DNA from: Piedraia hortae CBS 480.64
Lineage: Eukaryota
DNA length: 64,000 nucleotides
Direction: 5' to 3'
Assembly (NCBI GenBank): GCA_010093745.1
Contig: MU006003.1
Location: 62,001 to 126,000 of the forward strand
Both the position numbers and the translations under genes were made by a program. Under the pieces are notes generated by a model that was given only the letters and a program-made list of their open reading frames with translations, was not told the DNA's origin and did no database searches. This document shows, one piece after another, positions 22,321-34,051 of the stretch (positions are counted from its first letter, which is position 1; every line of letters begins with the position of its first letter).

Positions 22321-25300
22321 GAAGCCATGGCCGGCAACGAATGTGTCCTCGACGAGCCGAATCTGGCCAAGCTCAAGCCTACGCTGGTGCGGGAGCGGGA
22401 CGATAAGCCTCGTGTACCGCAGCCCGAGCCACCGACCGCCAATGAGTTCGGCCTTCCACCACAACTCCCAAGACGGCGGCAGTTGTCTCTTTCGCAGCTG
22501 AGCAACCCTGAAATCGTTAAGGGTGCAGAGCACAGGGAGAGCCAGGACGGAAAGACAGGCGAGGTTGCCAGGGTCCAACCAGAGGACGGTCAAGATGCTT
22601 CGACCTACGCTGAGAACGTGGAGGCTCTGGACGAAGCCGACAAGGGCAGCGGCATACCGGAACCCGCTGCTGTGAGTGAGGTGAAGCCGACCAAAGAAGC
22701 CACGTCCGAGTGGTCCCACCAGCAGCTGGCGGCCAAAGACGATGTCAAGGAGGATGAGAGCGATGGCGAGTGGCAGGACATGCCGGCCTATACAGAGTAC
22801 CGCACTTACGATGACTGGGGCAAGATCCTGGCTCGCGGCTACGACGAGATGGAGGACGAAACGGTGGCCTACGGGCAGCTGGGCGGGGCCGGCAAGGGCT
22901 ACACGCGCGTGCAAATGGACGAGGACGCACAGAGCTCGACGAGCATGGACAAGCAGACATCGTATCTCTTTAAGGACCAGTACGCTAGACACGCGCTGGA
23001 TGCCGACGATGAGGAGGGGCGCGACTTAGCCAGCCAGATGCAGACAACCAAGCAGTTGCTGACGGAAGCGCAAAAGTACGCGTATGTGGCAGCAGTGCGG
23101 CTGGCCATCAACGAGATGTCGCGAGACGTCCAGGCGCTGGAGAAGATCAAGGGTAAGGGCAGCAAGAAGGCGGTAGAACTGGCGTCTGAGGGCCTCAAGC
23201 TCTGGGGACAGAAGACGATGCTGCAGCTCTACACCCACATGAGCATCAGTGCGCAGGAGCAAGTCATGGTTGAGCAGCTGGCCGAGCACGACCTCCGCCT
23301 TGTCGATCTGACGCCGACGCTGATGCAAAACTCGCGGGTCAAAAACCCACAATCGTCCAAGCAGGACCCAGCGTCGCCGGATTCGCCGTCAGCCGACTTC
23401 ACTGAGCAATCGGCTGACAATCTGACCATCCAGGACGCGTCTGAGCTGACGTCCAGCACCATAGACATCGACATTCGTTGGACGGTGTTGTGCGATCTGT
23501 TTCTGCTGATGCTCAAGGACGGTCAGTACGACGCTCGCTCGCGGACGCTCTTTGAGAGGGTCGGTAAGGCTCTGGCCGTGGACTGGCAAGAGATCTGCCG
23601 GTTCGAGAAGCGAGTGACGGATGCGCTTGAAATGCAAGAACAGGCCCATACGGAGAACTGGAACGAAGACGAGCATCTCAAATCCCGTGAGGAGAGTGCT
23701 CGCAAGAAGCGCCTCGTAGTCATGGGTCTTTGCACCGTTGGCGGCGGCCTCGTCATTGGTCTCAGTGCCGGAATGTTGGCGCCCGTTATCGGTGCTGGTC
23801 TTGCCGCGGGCTTCACCACCATTGGAGTTACCGGCACCGGCACCTTTCTGGGAGGCACTGGCGCTGCTGCTCTTATTGGCACCACTGGCAGCTTGATTGG
23901 CGGCCATATCGGCATCAAAGGCGCCAGCCGAAGGACGGGAGCCGTCAAGACCTTTCAGTATGTTCCCCTGTACAACAACAAGCGTGTAAATCTGATAGTC
24001 ACCATTTCGGGTTGGACCACGGGCAAAGTGGATGATGTTCGATTACCTTTCAGCACCGTCAATCCCATCATGGGTGACATATACTCGGTCAACTGGGAAC
24101 CCGAGATGCTACAGTCAACTGGCGAAACAATTCAGATCCTGGGCACCGAGGCACTAACGCAAACCATTCAGCAAATTCTCGGCGCCACCTTCTTGGCCAC
24201 TCTGATGGCCGGCTTGTCTCTTCCTATTGTGCTCACCAAGCTGGCCTATCTGATTGATAATCCATGGACCGTTTCCCTAGCCCGCGCAGACGCAGCTGGC
24301 CTGGTCCTGGCCGATTCCCTCCTTGACCGAGACCTTGGAGTGCGGCCCATCACCCTAGTTGGCTTCTCGCTCGGCTCGCGCGTCATTTTCTCTTGTCTCA
24401 AAGAAGTTGCCCGGCGGGGTGGCCTCGGCCTGGTTCAGAATGTGTACCTATTCGGCTCACCCGTGGTCGTGAAAAAAGACGAATGGCTCAACGCGCGCGC
24501 AGTTGTGTCTGGACGGTTCGTGAACGGCTACGCAACCAACGATTGGATCCTAGCCTATCTGTTTCGCGCCACGTCCGGTGGTGTTATGCGCGTTGCCGGC
24601 CTGTCAACCGTAGACATCGTTGGCGTTGAGGACATTAATGTAACAGAGCATGTTCCGGGCCATATGGCCTATCGTGGCATGATGCCTACGCTGCTGCATG
24701 AGGTAGGATGGCAGGTTGACAGCGTCGAGTTTGGCGAGATAGAGGACCCAGACCCCGACAACCATGCCCAACGACAACGTGAGCTCTTGCGGGAAATTGA
24801 AGACGCCCGACACAAGCTAGAAGAGAAGCCCGAGAAGAAGGGCTGGCGGGGCATCTTTGGCCGCAAGAAAGCGGCTCAGAAGCAGGCATGGGAGATGTAT
24901 GATGAGCGCTCACAGCAGGTCCTGCGAGGGGAAAACGCCCAAGAGAGCGAGCGCGTAGCAGCCGAGAATGCGGACGTCATGTTCGACGTCGAAGCCATCC
25001 AGCGAGAAGCCTTACGCTTGGCCACCGAGGGTGAAGATTGGGAAGAGATCAAATCCCACATATCGGTGCGACAGATCGAGAGTACACTGCCTGCTTTGAA
25101 GCTCAGCTCTAAAAGTACTCCCTTGGTACATTCACGAAGCGGTTCACCCGCTGCAACCTTTCGGGCCGGTTCACCAGTCACTAATTTTCAAACCGGCTCG
25201 CCCGCAACAGCACTCAGGAGCGGTTCACCAGCGAACGCCTTTCGGAGCAGCTCACCGGTAACTACATCAAGGAGATGCAATTCTCCTGGAGGGGTGTCGT

Positions 25301-25431
25301 TTCATTCTACCCGCGATTCAATGCACACGCCGCCTGTCATGTCCAGCCCAATAAGTTCTAACCAATTCCAAACCCACCACAACCCGTGGGCGGCGGACGA
25401 CAACGAAGAAGTGGAAATGACGTTTGAGTGA
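22321..25431 (+). CDS. DUF726/TMCO4 (Mil1-like) membrane alpha/beta-hydrolase-fold protein
   Basis: DIDIRWTVLCDLFL, YDARSR, Gly-rich TM segments, LIDNPW, RPITLVGFSLGSRVIF. The ORF is open from 22246 and the first in-frame ATG is near 22327; start uncertain. Confidence 0.85.
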   Translation, partial: EAMAGNECVLDEPNLAKLKPTLVRERDDKPRVPQPEPPTANEFGLPPQLPRRRQLSLSQLSNPEIVKGAEHRESQDGKTGEVARVQPEDGQDASTYAENVEALDEADKGSGIPEPAAVSEVKPTKEATSEWSHQQLAAKDDVKEDESDGEWQDMPAYTEYRTYDDWGKILARGYDEMEDETVAYGQLGGAGKGYTRVQMDEDAQSSTSMDKQTSYLFKDQYARHALDADDEEGRDLASQMQTTKQLLTEAQKYAYVAAVRLAINEMSRDVQALEKIKGKGSKKAVELASEGLKLWGQKTMLQLYTHMSISAQEQVMVEQLAEHDLRLVDLTPTLMQNSRVKNPQSSKQDPASPDSPSADFTEQSADNLTIQDASELTSSTIDIDIRWTVLCDLFLLMLKDGQYDARSRTLFERVGKALAVDWQEICRFEKRVTDALEMQEQAHTENWNEDEHLKSREESARKKRLVVMGLCTVGGGLVIGLSAGMLAPVIGAGLAAGFTTIGVTGTGTFLGGTGAAALIGTTGSLIGGHIGIKGASRRTGAVKTFQYVPLYNNKRVNLIVTISGWTTGKVDDVRLPFSTVNPIMGDIYSVNWEPEMLQSTGETIQILGTEALTQTIQQILGATFLATLMAGLSLPIVLTKLAYLIDNPWTVSLARADAAGLVLADSLLDRDLGVRPITLVGFSLGSRVIFSCLKEVARRGGLGLVQNVYLFGSPVVVKKDEWLNARAVVSGRFVNGYATNDWILAYLFRATSGGVMRVAGLSTVDIVGVEDINVTEHVPGHMAYRGMMPTLLHEVGWQVDSVEFGEIEDPDPDNHAQRQRELLREIEDARHKLEEKPEKKGWRGIFGRKKAAQKQAWEMYDERSQQVLRGENAQESERVAAENADVMFDVEAIQREALRLATEGEDWEEIKSHISVRQIESTLPALKLSSKSTPLVHSRSGSPAATFRAGSPVTNFQTGSPATALRSGSPANAFRSSSPVTTSRRCNSPGGVSFHSTRDSMHTPPVMSSPISSNQFQTHHNPWAADDNEEVEMTFE

Positions 25432-25613
25432 TCAATTGACAATATAGAGACTTGATTCGGACGACCATGACCTGTGAAAGGCAGAGGTGAAGTCGGGGGT
25501 TTTACAGAACCCGGGCCGATCCGGACACATCCAACCACAACGGTGCCAAGAAAGCCTACTGAAAGAGGAAGGAGGCATGGCGCAGGGGTACTGGGTGGGT
25601 TATCCATAAAGGA

Positions 25614-26594
25614 CTACAATTCAGCATCTTGGCGTATTGGAGCGAAATAAGGGTGAGCCATTGCTTCTTGCGCAGTAAGTCGATCCTGATGATCGTAACG
25701 TAGAAGCTTGTCCAAGAAATCAATGGCGTCGTTTGAGATGAAGCGCTGGTTTTCGGGGTTCACAAACGAGTGCCAACTCTTTTTGGGAAACCGACCCAGA
25801 ATATCATCGTATTGGGCATCTAGCTCGATGTCGTACTTGTCCAGGTAGTCAAAAAGGCCGTCGGTGCCAAGCACCTTTGCAATCTTTACCAGCTGATCGC
25901 TGTTGGAATTGCCGTGGAAAAACGGCTCTTTGCGGAAAATCATGCTCGCAAACATGGCCCCCAACGACCACATATCTAGGCTGTAGTCGTACTCCTGATA
26001 ATCTACCAGCAGCTCCGGGCCTTTGAAGTAGCGGCTCGCCACGCGCACGTTGTACTCTGTACCCGCGTGGTAGAATTCGGCAAGACCCCAATCGATCAGT
26101 CGGAGTTTGCGGCGCTCGTGGTCAATCATCACGTTGTGCGGCTTTACATCACGATGCATTATGCCCTTGCTGTGGCAGAAATCCAGAGCCCGGAGCAGCT
26201 CGTAAATGTAGAAGCGCACGTCGTGGTCCACAAATTTTGAATACAGCGTCCGGAAATCGGTGTTGTTAACATGCTCGAATATGAGACTGGGAGTCTTGCT
26301 CTGGTTATCGCGCACGACGTCCAGCAAGGCTACAATGTTCGGACCACCGGACAGGTTTTGCAGAATCTTGATCTCTCGCTTGATTTTCTTCTTCTTCACC
26401 GGCTTCAGGACCTTGATGACACATTTCTGGTAGTTGACGATGTTGATTCCCTCAAACACCTCCGAGTATTTACCGCGCCCAATCTTCCGCACCACCTCGT
26501 AGTTCTCCAGCACGCCCCAACTGATATTGACGCTGTCGTAGTCCCAGTAAGCACGCGGCATCCGCTGATTGACATCGCGATAGACGCGAGCCAT
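25614..26594 (-). CDS. CKA1: Casein kinase II catalytic subunit alpha (intronless)
   Basis: [53 protein letters not shown]. Start MARVY at 26594. Confidence 0.97.
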   Translation of the reverse strand: MARVYRDVNQRMPRAYWDYDSVNISWGVLENYEVVRKIGRGKYSEVFEGINIVNYQKCVIKVLKPVKKKKIKREIKILQNLSGGPNIVALLDVVRDNQSKTPSLIFEHVNNTDFRTLYSKFVDHDVRFYIYELLRALDFCHSKGIMHRDVKPHNVMIDHERRKLRLIDWGLAEFYHAGTEYNVRVASRYFKGPELLVDYQEYDYSLDMWSLGAMFASMIFRKEPFFHGNSNSDQLVKIAKVLGTDGLFDYLDKYDIELDAQYDDILGRFPKKSWHSFVNPENQRFISNDAIDFLDKLLRYDHQDRLTAQEAMAHPYFAPIRQDAEL

Positions 26595-26709
26595 GGTACG
26601 AGATTGCGTGATTCCTAGGAGGTTGCCCAAGGTGGGGCTGCACCATTGTGTCGTCACGTGCGCATTGCATGAGACACCAAGTGGGGGTGAACAAACGTTT
26701 CGCCCGGTG

Positions 26710-28062
26710 ATGAACAACACGGCAGCCGCCCAGCGAATTGCCCTCCCAGCTTGCCTCCTCATCATCGTTTTTCTCGTAGTCTCTTCGCAGTGGCTCTTTG
26801 TCTATATCGAGCCCGGGCCCCTCACTACGCGAGAGTTTCTGATCTTCAACACGATCAACGCTTGCGTGCTTATATGTTACGCACGTACCTGTTTAACGGA
26901 CCCCGGACGAGTGCCTCAATCGTATGGAAGGCGCAACTCGACGACTTCTTCAGATGAGGTGACCCATAGAAACTCTGACCCCGCCCAGCGGAGGTCTGAA
27001 ACTCAAATGTTGGGTAGTAGCAATGCTCCCCGTCGTTGGTGTAGGAAATGCTCGGCTTGGAAGCCGCCCAGAGCCCATCATTGTCGAACTTGCCAGAGGT
27101 TTGTATGGCCATACCCGCCCGTACGCCTCCCGCTCACTTTCTAGATGCATTGTCAAGATGGATCACCACTGCATGTGGACCGGTGAGCAGCAGGACTTCA
27201 TTGCAACATCCCATAACTAACTAGAAAGCAAACTGTGTTTCCGGAATAACGCTTCCCCATTTTGTTCGATTCATATTCTATTCCGTCCTGGCATCAGCAT
27301 ACCTTGAGCGACTAATCTATACCAGGTGCGAGGTCATCTATCTCAAAAGATCGCTTCCAAGCGTGAGTCTAGTATGAAAATAGTCTCTCCCTCGGCTAAG
27401 AAGAAGTAGTACTTTGGTCCTTCAATGCTCCAATTTACCATCCTATTCATTTTGATCGTAACAAATTCCATCGTCCTTCTCGGCTTGTTCCTGCTCCTCT
27501 GCCGCACATTGTGGGGTCTCGCACTGAACATGACAACAATCGAAGGCTGGGAAGTGGACCGTCACGAAACCCTCCTACGACGCAGCCGGGTCCTGAGCAG
27601 ACAATCAGGGGATCCAAGCCCCCTAGTTAGGCAAGAATTTCCTTGGGACATTGGCATCTGGTCCAACATCTGCCAGGGAATGGGCGACACGGGGAACGTA
27701 TTCGCCTGGTTCTGGCCTTTCTCTGCCACACCGCCAGTAACCCATGCCCTCGAATTCGAACACAACTGCATCGATGGTGAGCAACTTTCTCAACCCATCA
27801 TTTGGCAATGCTGATGTCAGATCCCAATCTCCCTTGGCCACCGCCAGATCCCGATCGGGTTGCCGCAGAGAGACTTGTAAGAAGAAGGCCCTTCCATGAG
27901 CGCTTGCAGTCCGAGAGAGATTGTGATGATTCTGGAGAGGAGGGTTGGCAGAATAGTCAAGGGGAACGGTTGGCTGACTTTGGAGTGGATGAGTTGGTCG
28001 ACTTTTATGATGTGTATGAGGATGAAGACGTTCCTCTTGCAGAGTTATTAAGACGCGATTGA
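26710..28062 (+). CDS. PFA4: DHHC palmitoyltransferase Pfa4-like (5 exons)
   Basis: Introns 27099-27144, 27183-27228, 27363-27409 and 27777-27820 join [20 protein letters not shown] / [12 protein letters not shown] / ANCVS..LPS / YFGPS..TTIEGWE..FPWDIG / [13 protein letters not shown]. Confidence 0.88.
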
Positions 28063-28272
28063 CTGCAACGATGACACGTTCCTCTTCCTGAATTACCAAG
28101 CTCTTCCAGCGTTGGGATGTCGCTCAATAGGCAAGCATAGGGTAACTGGCCCTCTCAACTCAAAGGACACCCAGGGCAAAATGCACCAATGGTGCGATTG
28201 AATTAACACTACCGAATCGTAAAACATCTGGACCGGTGGACCTCGCAAAGTGATATCGATTAAACCCCACCA

Positions 28273-31200
28273 TCAAACCTCCCTGTGCTCCATATTTCCC
28301 GTCAACTCCGCTACTCGCGCTTTGATACGTGCCACTCTCGATTCAATGCCTGAAATTATCAGCTTGCTCGTTTCACGCTCGTAAAAGACTTACTCTCCTC
28401 GCCACTCGTCTCCCCATCCTCAATTTCCCGAGCCACTGGTGGTGACCCCTGCGCCATTGCTGCTCGTCGTGCTGCGTTCTCGCGAATCGCCGCCCACCTG
28501 TTTTGTACGGGTGGGCTTGATTGGTCAGAGTCACCACCAGTCATCTTGGGCTCGGACACATCATTCTGCCGTGGCTTGCTGCTGCTCCTGGGTGCCACCA
28601 TATAATCCTTTTTCGGCTCACCAAATTTGGCTGCCCGGCTGGCAATGTCGTTTGGCTCGGGGAATTTCCCAGACGCTCCCCTGTGGTCCCCAGTAGAATC
28701 AACTGGGAATCTTCTGCCTACTCTGGGGTTGCCCGATATATTACCCCTAGGCTCAGAAACAGGTCCTTGATTGGCAGCAGCCCTAGATGCCGCATCTTGT
28801 ACAGGAAGCTTTCGGGGTATCCTCGGCCCTACAGGGTTGTTTCTCGATGCGGATTCCCGACTTGTGTTGCTGGACGCGCTTTGCGGTAGCAAAAGCTCCC
28901 TAGGACCTCGCATTGGTTCAGAAGTCGGCGTGTCTCTCGACGAGGTTCTTTCGGGTACAGAGGCGGTTTGGGGCACAATTACGGAGGGGGCATTGGATGG
29001 TCCTTGGCTTATGGGTGCAGGGCTTGTTGATGGCTGTGCTGCATTGCCAGGAATCCCAGTGCCATTAGGCGGTGCAGCCATGGAGGTTTCCTTGGGCATC
29101 ATCACCAGATCATTTGGCAATGCAGCCGTCGAGGTGTCGTGAGATGCCAGCGGAAGCTCATGCTGAGATACAGACATTTGCTCATGTTGATTAGCAGCCA
29201 CTTGCTGATGTTGCGGCATAGCCATTTCCTGAATTTGAGGCATAGCCATTTGCTCATGTCGAGGTGAAGTCTTGAGTTCATGTTGCACAGCGGTCACAGA
29301 CACTTGTTGAGGTATAGCAACAGGCTCTGATGTGGGAGTAGCATCGGGTCCGAGCCTGGGCGCATTGACGGGATCGTGCTGCGGAGCCACCATATGCTCA
29401 TTATGAGGAGAAGCTGCAGTTTCGTTCTGGGGGGCGATTTGTGGCTCATTATGGTGTACGAGGGGTGCAAATTCTGTCTCGTTCGCCTGCTCAAGCTGGG
29501 GCTCTGCCGGCTCAATCCGTGAGACAGGCGATATTGGCCGTTGATCCATTGGATCCGGCTTCTCCATCATCGGTGTAATGAACTCCTGGTCTCCAAGTCC
29601 ATCGTGCATTGCATTGCTGGATTTTTGTGATTGTGCCTCCTGATCAAAGCCAGCAAATGCATGTTCAGCCACACGGTCCACTTCAGATGATGTGGTCGGT
29701 GAAATCATCTGGTCGTGGCAATCCGGCATGGTAGGTCCTTGAACGTCAACCTGGGCCGCTTCAATCGTTGGCTCTCCTGGCTGGGCAACAGATTTTTTGC
29801 GGATGATGGACAACCGCCGATGCACGTTACTTTCGCTGGGCTGCGGCAAGATTTTGCCCGTTTCCAGCACAGGGGCGGGATCTTTCTTGCGACCAAACAG
29901 CTTCTTCAGACCCGGTGTTTTGTGCGTTTGCTTAGTGGTGGGGGCGGAAGCTGCTTCGGTCAAGTTGGGCATAGTAGTTGCGGTCGGGATACCTTCTCGT
30001 GACCGAAACGCTGGGTGAGGCGGTAAGTGATCTTGCTTGACAGTCTCAACTATCGCTGGAGCGCTAGGCAGTGACGGCAGATTCGACTGTTGCTGAGGCA
30101 TCGGGCGCTCTGGTGCTGCCTCTTGAGGCAAAACAGGCAAGTCTCGTTCCGTAGACGTATTCATGGTATCGATCGAAGGTTCAGGACTGGCGGCTTCGAC
30201 CCTACGATTTGGAGCGTCTCGGCTACGATCTTGGGTCCGAGATGCCTCTTCATCGTAGGCACGAGCCCATCGCAAGGCCGGACTCGCCTCTGCCATGACG
30301 CCCAGCCCCAATACACTGCCGGCCCTGACCGATGCAGCATCATCGAACCGTCCACGACCAGAATTTGTGGGCTGGGGATTCGCCTGAGACTTAGCCAGGG
30401 CGGCGGCCGCAGCGTGGATTTGAGAGCGCTGGTCGGGCAGAAGATCTCGCTGACTGGATGAGTCGGATGCGATGCGCTCGAGTTGATGGGTTTGCGGCAA
30501 GGGCGGAGAAGCTGTCGCCTGTGGCTCAGTCTTCGTCTTGCGCGTGCGACCGCGCTTGCCAAATGTGAATATGCGCTTCTTGGGAGGAACGAAGATGCTC
30601 TGCGCAGGCTCTGGTGAAGCGCCCCGAACTTGTTCTTCCATGATTAGCCAGGCACCTCCCCGTAACGTCGTTTCCACAAGGGCACAGCGGCCAAAGACGG
30701 CCTTGCGCTGGTCCGATTCCTCGGCCGCGAGGCTCGCCATCCAGACCCACCAAAACACATCGTCCAGCTGAACTTGGGTAATGGCAGCCAGTTCACCGGG
30801 CGCCACTCGCTCATCTTCTGCAGGCTCGCCAAACGACTTGTCACCTGGACGAATAGGCGGCAGTGAGCGATCGTTAGTCAGGCCGAGCATAGGCGGCGAG
30901 CGTATCCCAGCCTCATCCGCAAACCCTCCAGACATGAAATCGGCCCACGAGGGCGTTTGCGGCCGTTCATTGCCGAGCTGGCGCAAGCGCGGGGGTTGTG
31001 ATGCGCCACTCAGTCCGCCAGCAAGGGCCCCAGAGGACTGTTCCAGGTCTCCAAAGCCCAGACTTTCAAAAGCATTCCAGGTGTCACGGCCCGTGCGAGA
31101 ATTGGTTCCTTGGCGCGAGCGAGAGCTGGAGTTGGTGGCCGCAATGGCATCGAGAACGCGGCGACATTCGTCTGTAAGGGCATCGACAGGATCGGCAAAC

Positions 31201-32168
31201 TCGGCATACGAGTTCAGCAGCTCATCGCGGCTGGGATAATCAAAATGCTTCGCGCGGCGCAGAAGGGAAAACGGGGTTGGGGACACAGCATCAACGAGCA
31301 TAACAACGCGATGCGTGGATCGGCGCAAGAGCGATGGGGCTGCAGGAGGGTATTCGGTTGTGGCCAGTAAGGACTGCAGCGACCGAGGGATGCGGTCAAT
31401 TAGCACGACAGCTGCTGAAGGATCTGGAGCAAGGGAGCGCAGGTAGGCGAAGAACATGTGGCTGGCGGCGTCGGCGGCCGAAGACCAGCTCTCGTAGCCG
31501 CCCTGGAAACCGTTGCCACGATCCGAGTGCTCAAAAGCCCACCAGCCAGCCAGACGGCTTAGCTTGCGGCCCGTCAGCCCATTATTTTTGCCATGTGCTG
31601 CGATCACAGCCAGGAGATCGAAGAAGTCATAGATTATGCGCTGTCGAGCAGGCGATGGAGCCGCAATGGGCACAAATGTGTCAAAGGCATTGCGCGCCAT
31701 GCCAGACTCCTCTTCTCCGATGCGGAAGCCTTCGTACACGGGCCACGAGACAACTCCTGCGGGAATTCTGCTCCAGCACCACTTGAGGATGGAGCACAGT
31801 ACCGAAGGCTCAACCAGGCGTAGCTCACGTCGTAGACCATCTCCGCGATAATTGTCCAAGCCCTGCGCATTCTGCTTGTAAAAATGGTGGATGAATGAGC
31901 GAGCACCGCCAGAGTCGCCGTGCAAACGAAACGGCAAGAGAAAGAAAGGGGCATCCAGGCCCTCAGCACGCGTCTTCAGCTCGGCCGTGCAAGCATGGAT
32001 GAGCTCCTGCACCTCGTCGGGATGGACGATAGCGCTGTTCCAGTCAGCCTGCCACCGGGGAATCTGCGCTGGTTGGCGCTCAGTGCTCTGGTGCACACTG
32101 GACAGATTTGTCGACACCGGCCGGGCGGGCTTTTCCCGATGTTCCTTGTTGCGCGAGAAGAGCGGCAT
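28273..32168 (-). CDS. MSB1: Morphogenesis-related protein, Msb1/Mug8-like
   Basis: N-terminal conserved domain (VQELIHACTAELK, LKWCWSRIP, GRKLSRLAGWWAF, FWWVWMAS). Intron 28350-28393 adds C-terminus SIESRVARIKARVAELTGNMEHREV*. Confidence 0.82.
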
Positions 32169-32764
32169 TATAACATGTAAAGAGCGAACAAGTTTAAAGG
32201 AATGGAAGTGGTTTCAAACGAGAGAAATAGGAAAATGGAAGTGCTGGAGATGAACAAGAATGAAGCCCAGGATCACTGTCACGAGACCAGGGGCAGGGGG
32301 GGTTGCAGTCAAAAAAGTCACCGTTTCTACATCCGCTGTCTACCTGGCTACACGCGCCCGTTCACCCGCTCTTTCCGCTCGTCAAAAAGGGGTCTTCAGC
32401 CTTATTTTTACTGGACTAAACTTTTGCAAGAGCGCGGCGCGATGCCAACGAGTGGACCGCACAACACTGGTGCAACGACGTCTGCGTGCAGCCGCCCGTG
32501 TTTCAGATGGGATGGGATGGCCCGCGACGGCGGTGTAGGGTTAGGATTGTGCACCCCACTTCACGTGGACTTGCGTGCCCGTCACATTCATCCTTAATTC
32601 CCGCCCAGATTTGCACTGGTCACATGACAGCGGAATGGTTACCGCACGCTTCTCAGACGCGCCCAACACTATGTTTACGTCTGACAACATCGTTACTTGT
32701 ACCCTCACTGACTCGTATCGCTTACCTCCAACGAAAGACATATCAAGTTGAAATATTTGAAATC

Positions 32765-33799
32765 ATGTCTACCGAACAGACAGCATTCGTACCTGAGGAG
32801 AGGCTTTGGTGCTCCGGATGAACTCCTTTCGCCCAGAGTCCACCTTCGGTCACAATGGGAACGAGTGTAGAAAGCAGTGCTATAGGTCGCACAATAAAAA
32901 TCGCAAGAAACGTGGTCCCGCGCTTTCTCAGTGGGATGATGTCGAAAAAGCTGTCAGAAACTGGAACAAGGAGGTGAGTTCTGCCCACCAATGCCGTTAG
33001 TGCCTGTCTTGCTAATACCATTAAGCAATCTGATGATCCACTTGAAGCCAAGGAAACCTTCAGCACTGATAGTTTTCCGGTTTTCTTTCCACCAAGTGCC
33101 TTGGAAGCTCCTAATCGTAATGGGTTGAACTCTGCGGTTCGAAACTTAAGGAATTTGGTCGTTGGCGCGGATGGACGGTTTTTTAACCACTCTGCGCACC
33201 CAGATCGGAATACATGGTTTTTTTATTGTGTGCAGGACCGTGATCATCCATATGCTTCCAAAAGTAGAAATATAAGAGATGCCTTCCTTGAACATCGTCA
33301 AAATTGTGGGAGCATGTTGTGCATGAAGCTTTCGAACGATAGGCAGGTTCTCGAGGTGCTGTTGAATTATAAGCACCATCCCGCTCGCTTCGAAATGCGC
33401 ATGACGGATGAGTGCAAGGAGTTCTCCGCCATGACCAACGTGGAACGGCTTGGCTATCGTAAGGTGCTTGCTTTTCTTGGCAGTAGCGCCCCTTGCGGCG
33501 GGAAATGCTCCCCCTAACAGGTGCCAGACAGCGCGTGGCCGTTCTTATATGTACCCATTGCGCCTATAGTATTACGCATAATCCTCCGAGTCGGCCTCGC
33601 AATCGCCTACGCTATCTTCGCCGTTGCCCCTCATCTGTGGCCTTTTGAAGCCTTCTTTGACGAGCTCTGGAGCGGCCATGCCTTATGCCTTTACCCTCTA
33701 TTGTGGCCGTCGTCTTATCCGAATGCAGAGAAGAACAAGCAAGTCAAGCAAAGCTTTATAGAGACGTTTGAACACAGAGTTTGTGGCCTACCCTGCTAG
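32765..33799 (+). pseudogene. Frameshifted MULE-like zinc-binding/DNA-binding gene fragment
   Basis: ATG 32765 MSTEQ..LWCSG then TGA at 32819-32821. One added base restores CSGxNSFRPE..KQC. Intron 32974-33025 is in frame with FFYCVQD..SRNIRD..NCGSML..NYKHHP. Possible second intron 33464-33520. Confidence 0.5.
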
Positions 33800-34051
33800 G
33801 TGATTGCACAAGTTTAGATCTAGACCTGGTGGCTATTTGAAAGAGACAATGATCGGTCTAGTTCTTCAAATCGCTACAAGATCCTGCAGGTACCACTTCC
33901 GGCCTTCATGGAAAGTTGATACCCATCCACAATTACGGTTTTCGTCACAACTTCTTTTACAAATCAACCCACAGTCTCTTAAAACAGTATCTAATTCAGC
34001 ATATCCAAGCTCGACGGGAAATGGTGTCATGTCATCAAGTCAATTTACTCC

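Noticed and set aside
26595..26765. Upstream in-frame extensions in the ORF track for CK2 (and similarly PPE1, the MFS gene, DUS2)
   Set aside because: They overlap neighbouring genes or promoters or use non-ATG starts; conserved sequence begins at downstream ATGs.
27160..27180. DHHCMW instead of DHHCPW in PFA4
   Set aside because: The catalytic DHHC is intact; variation at the next residue is minor.
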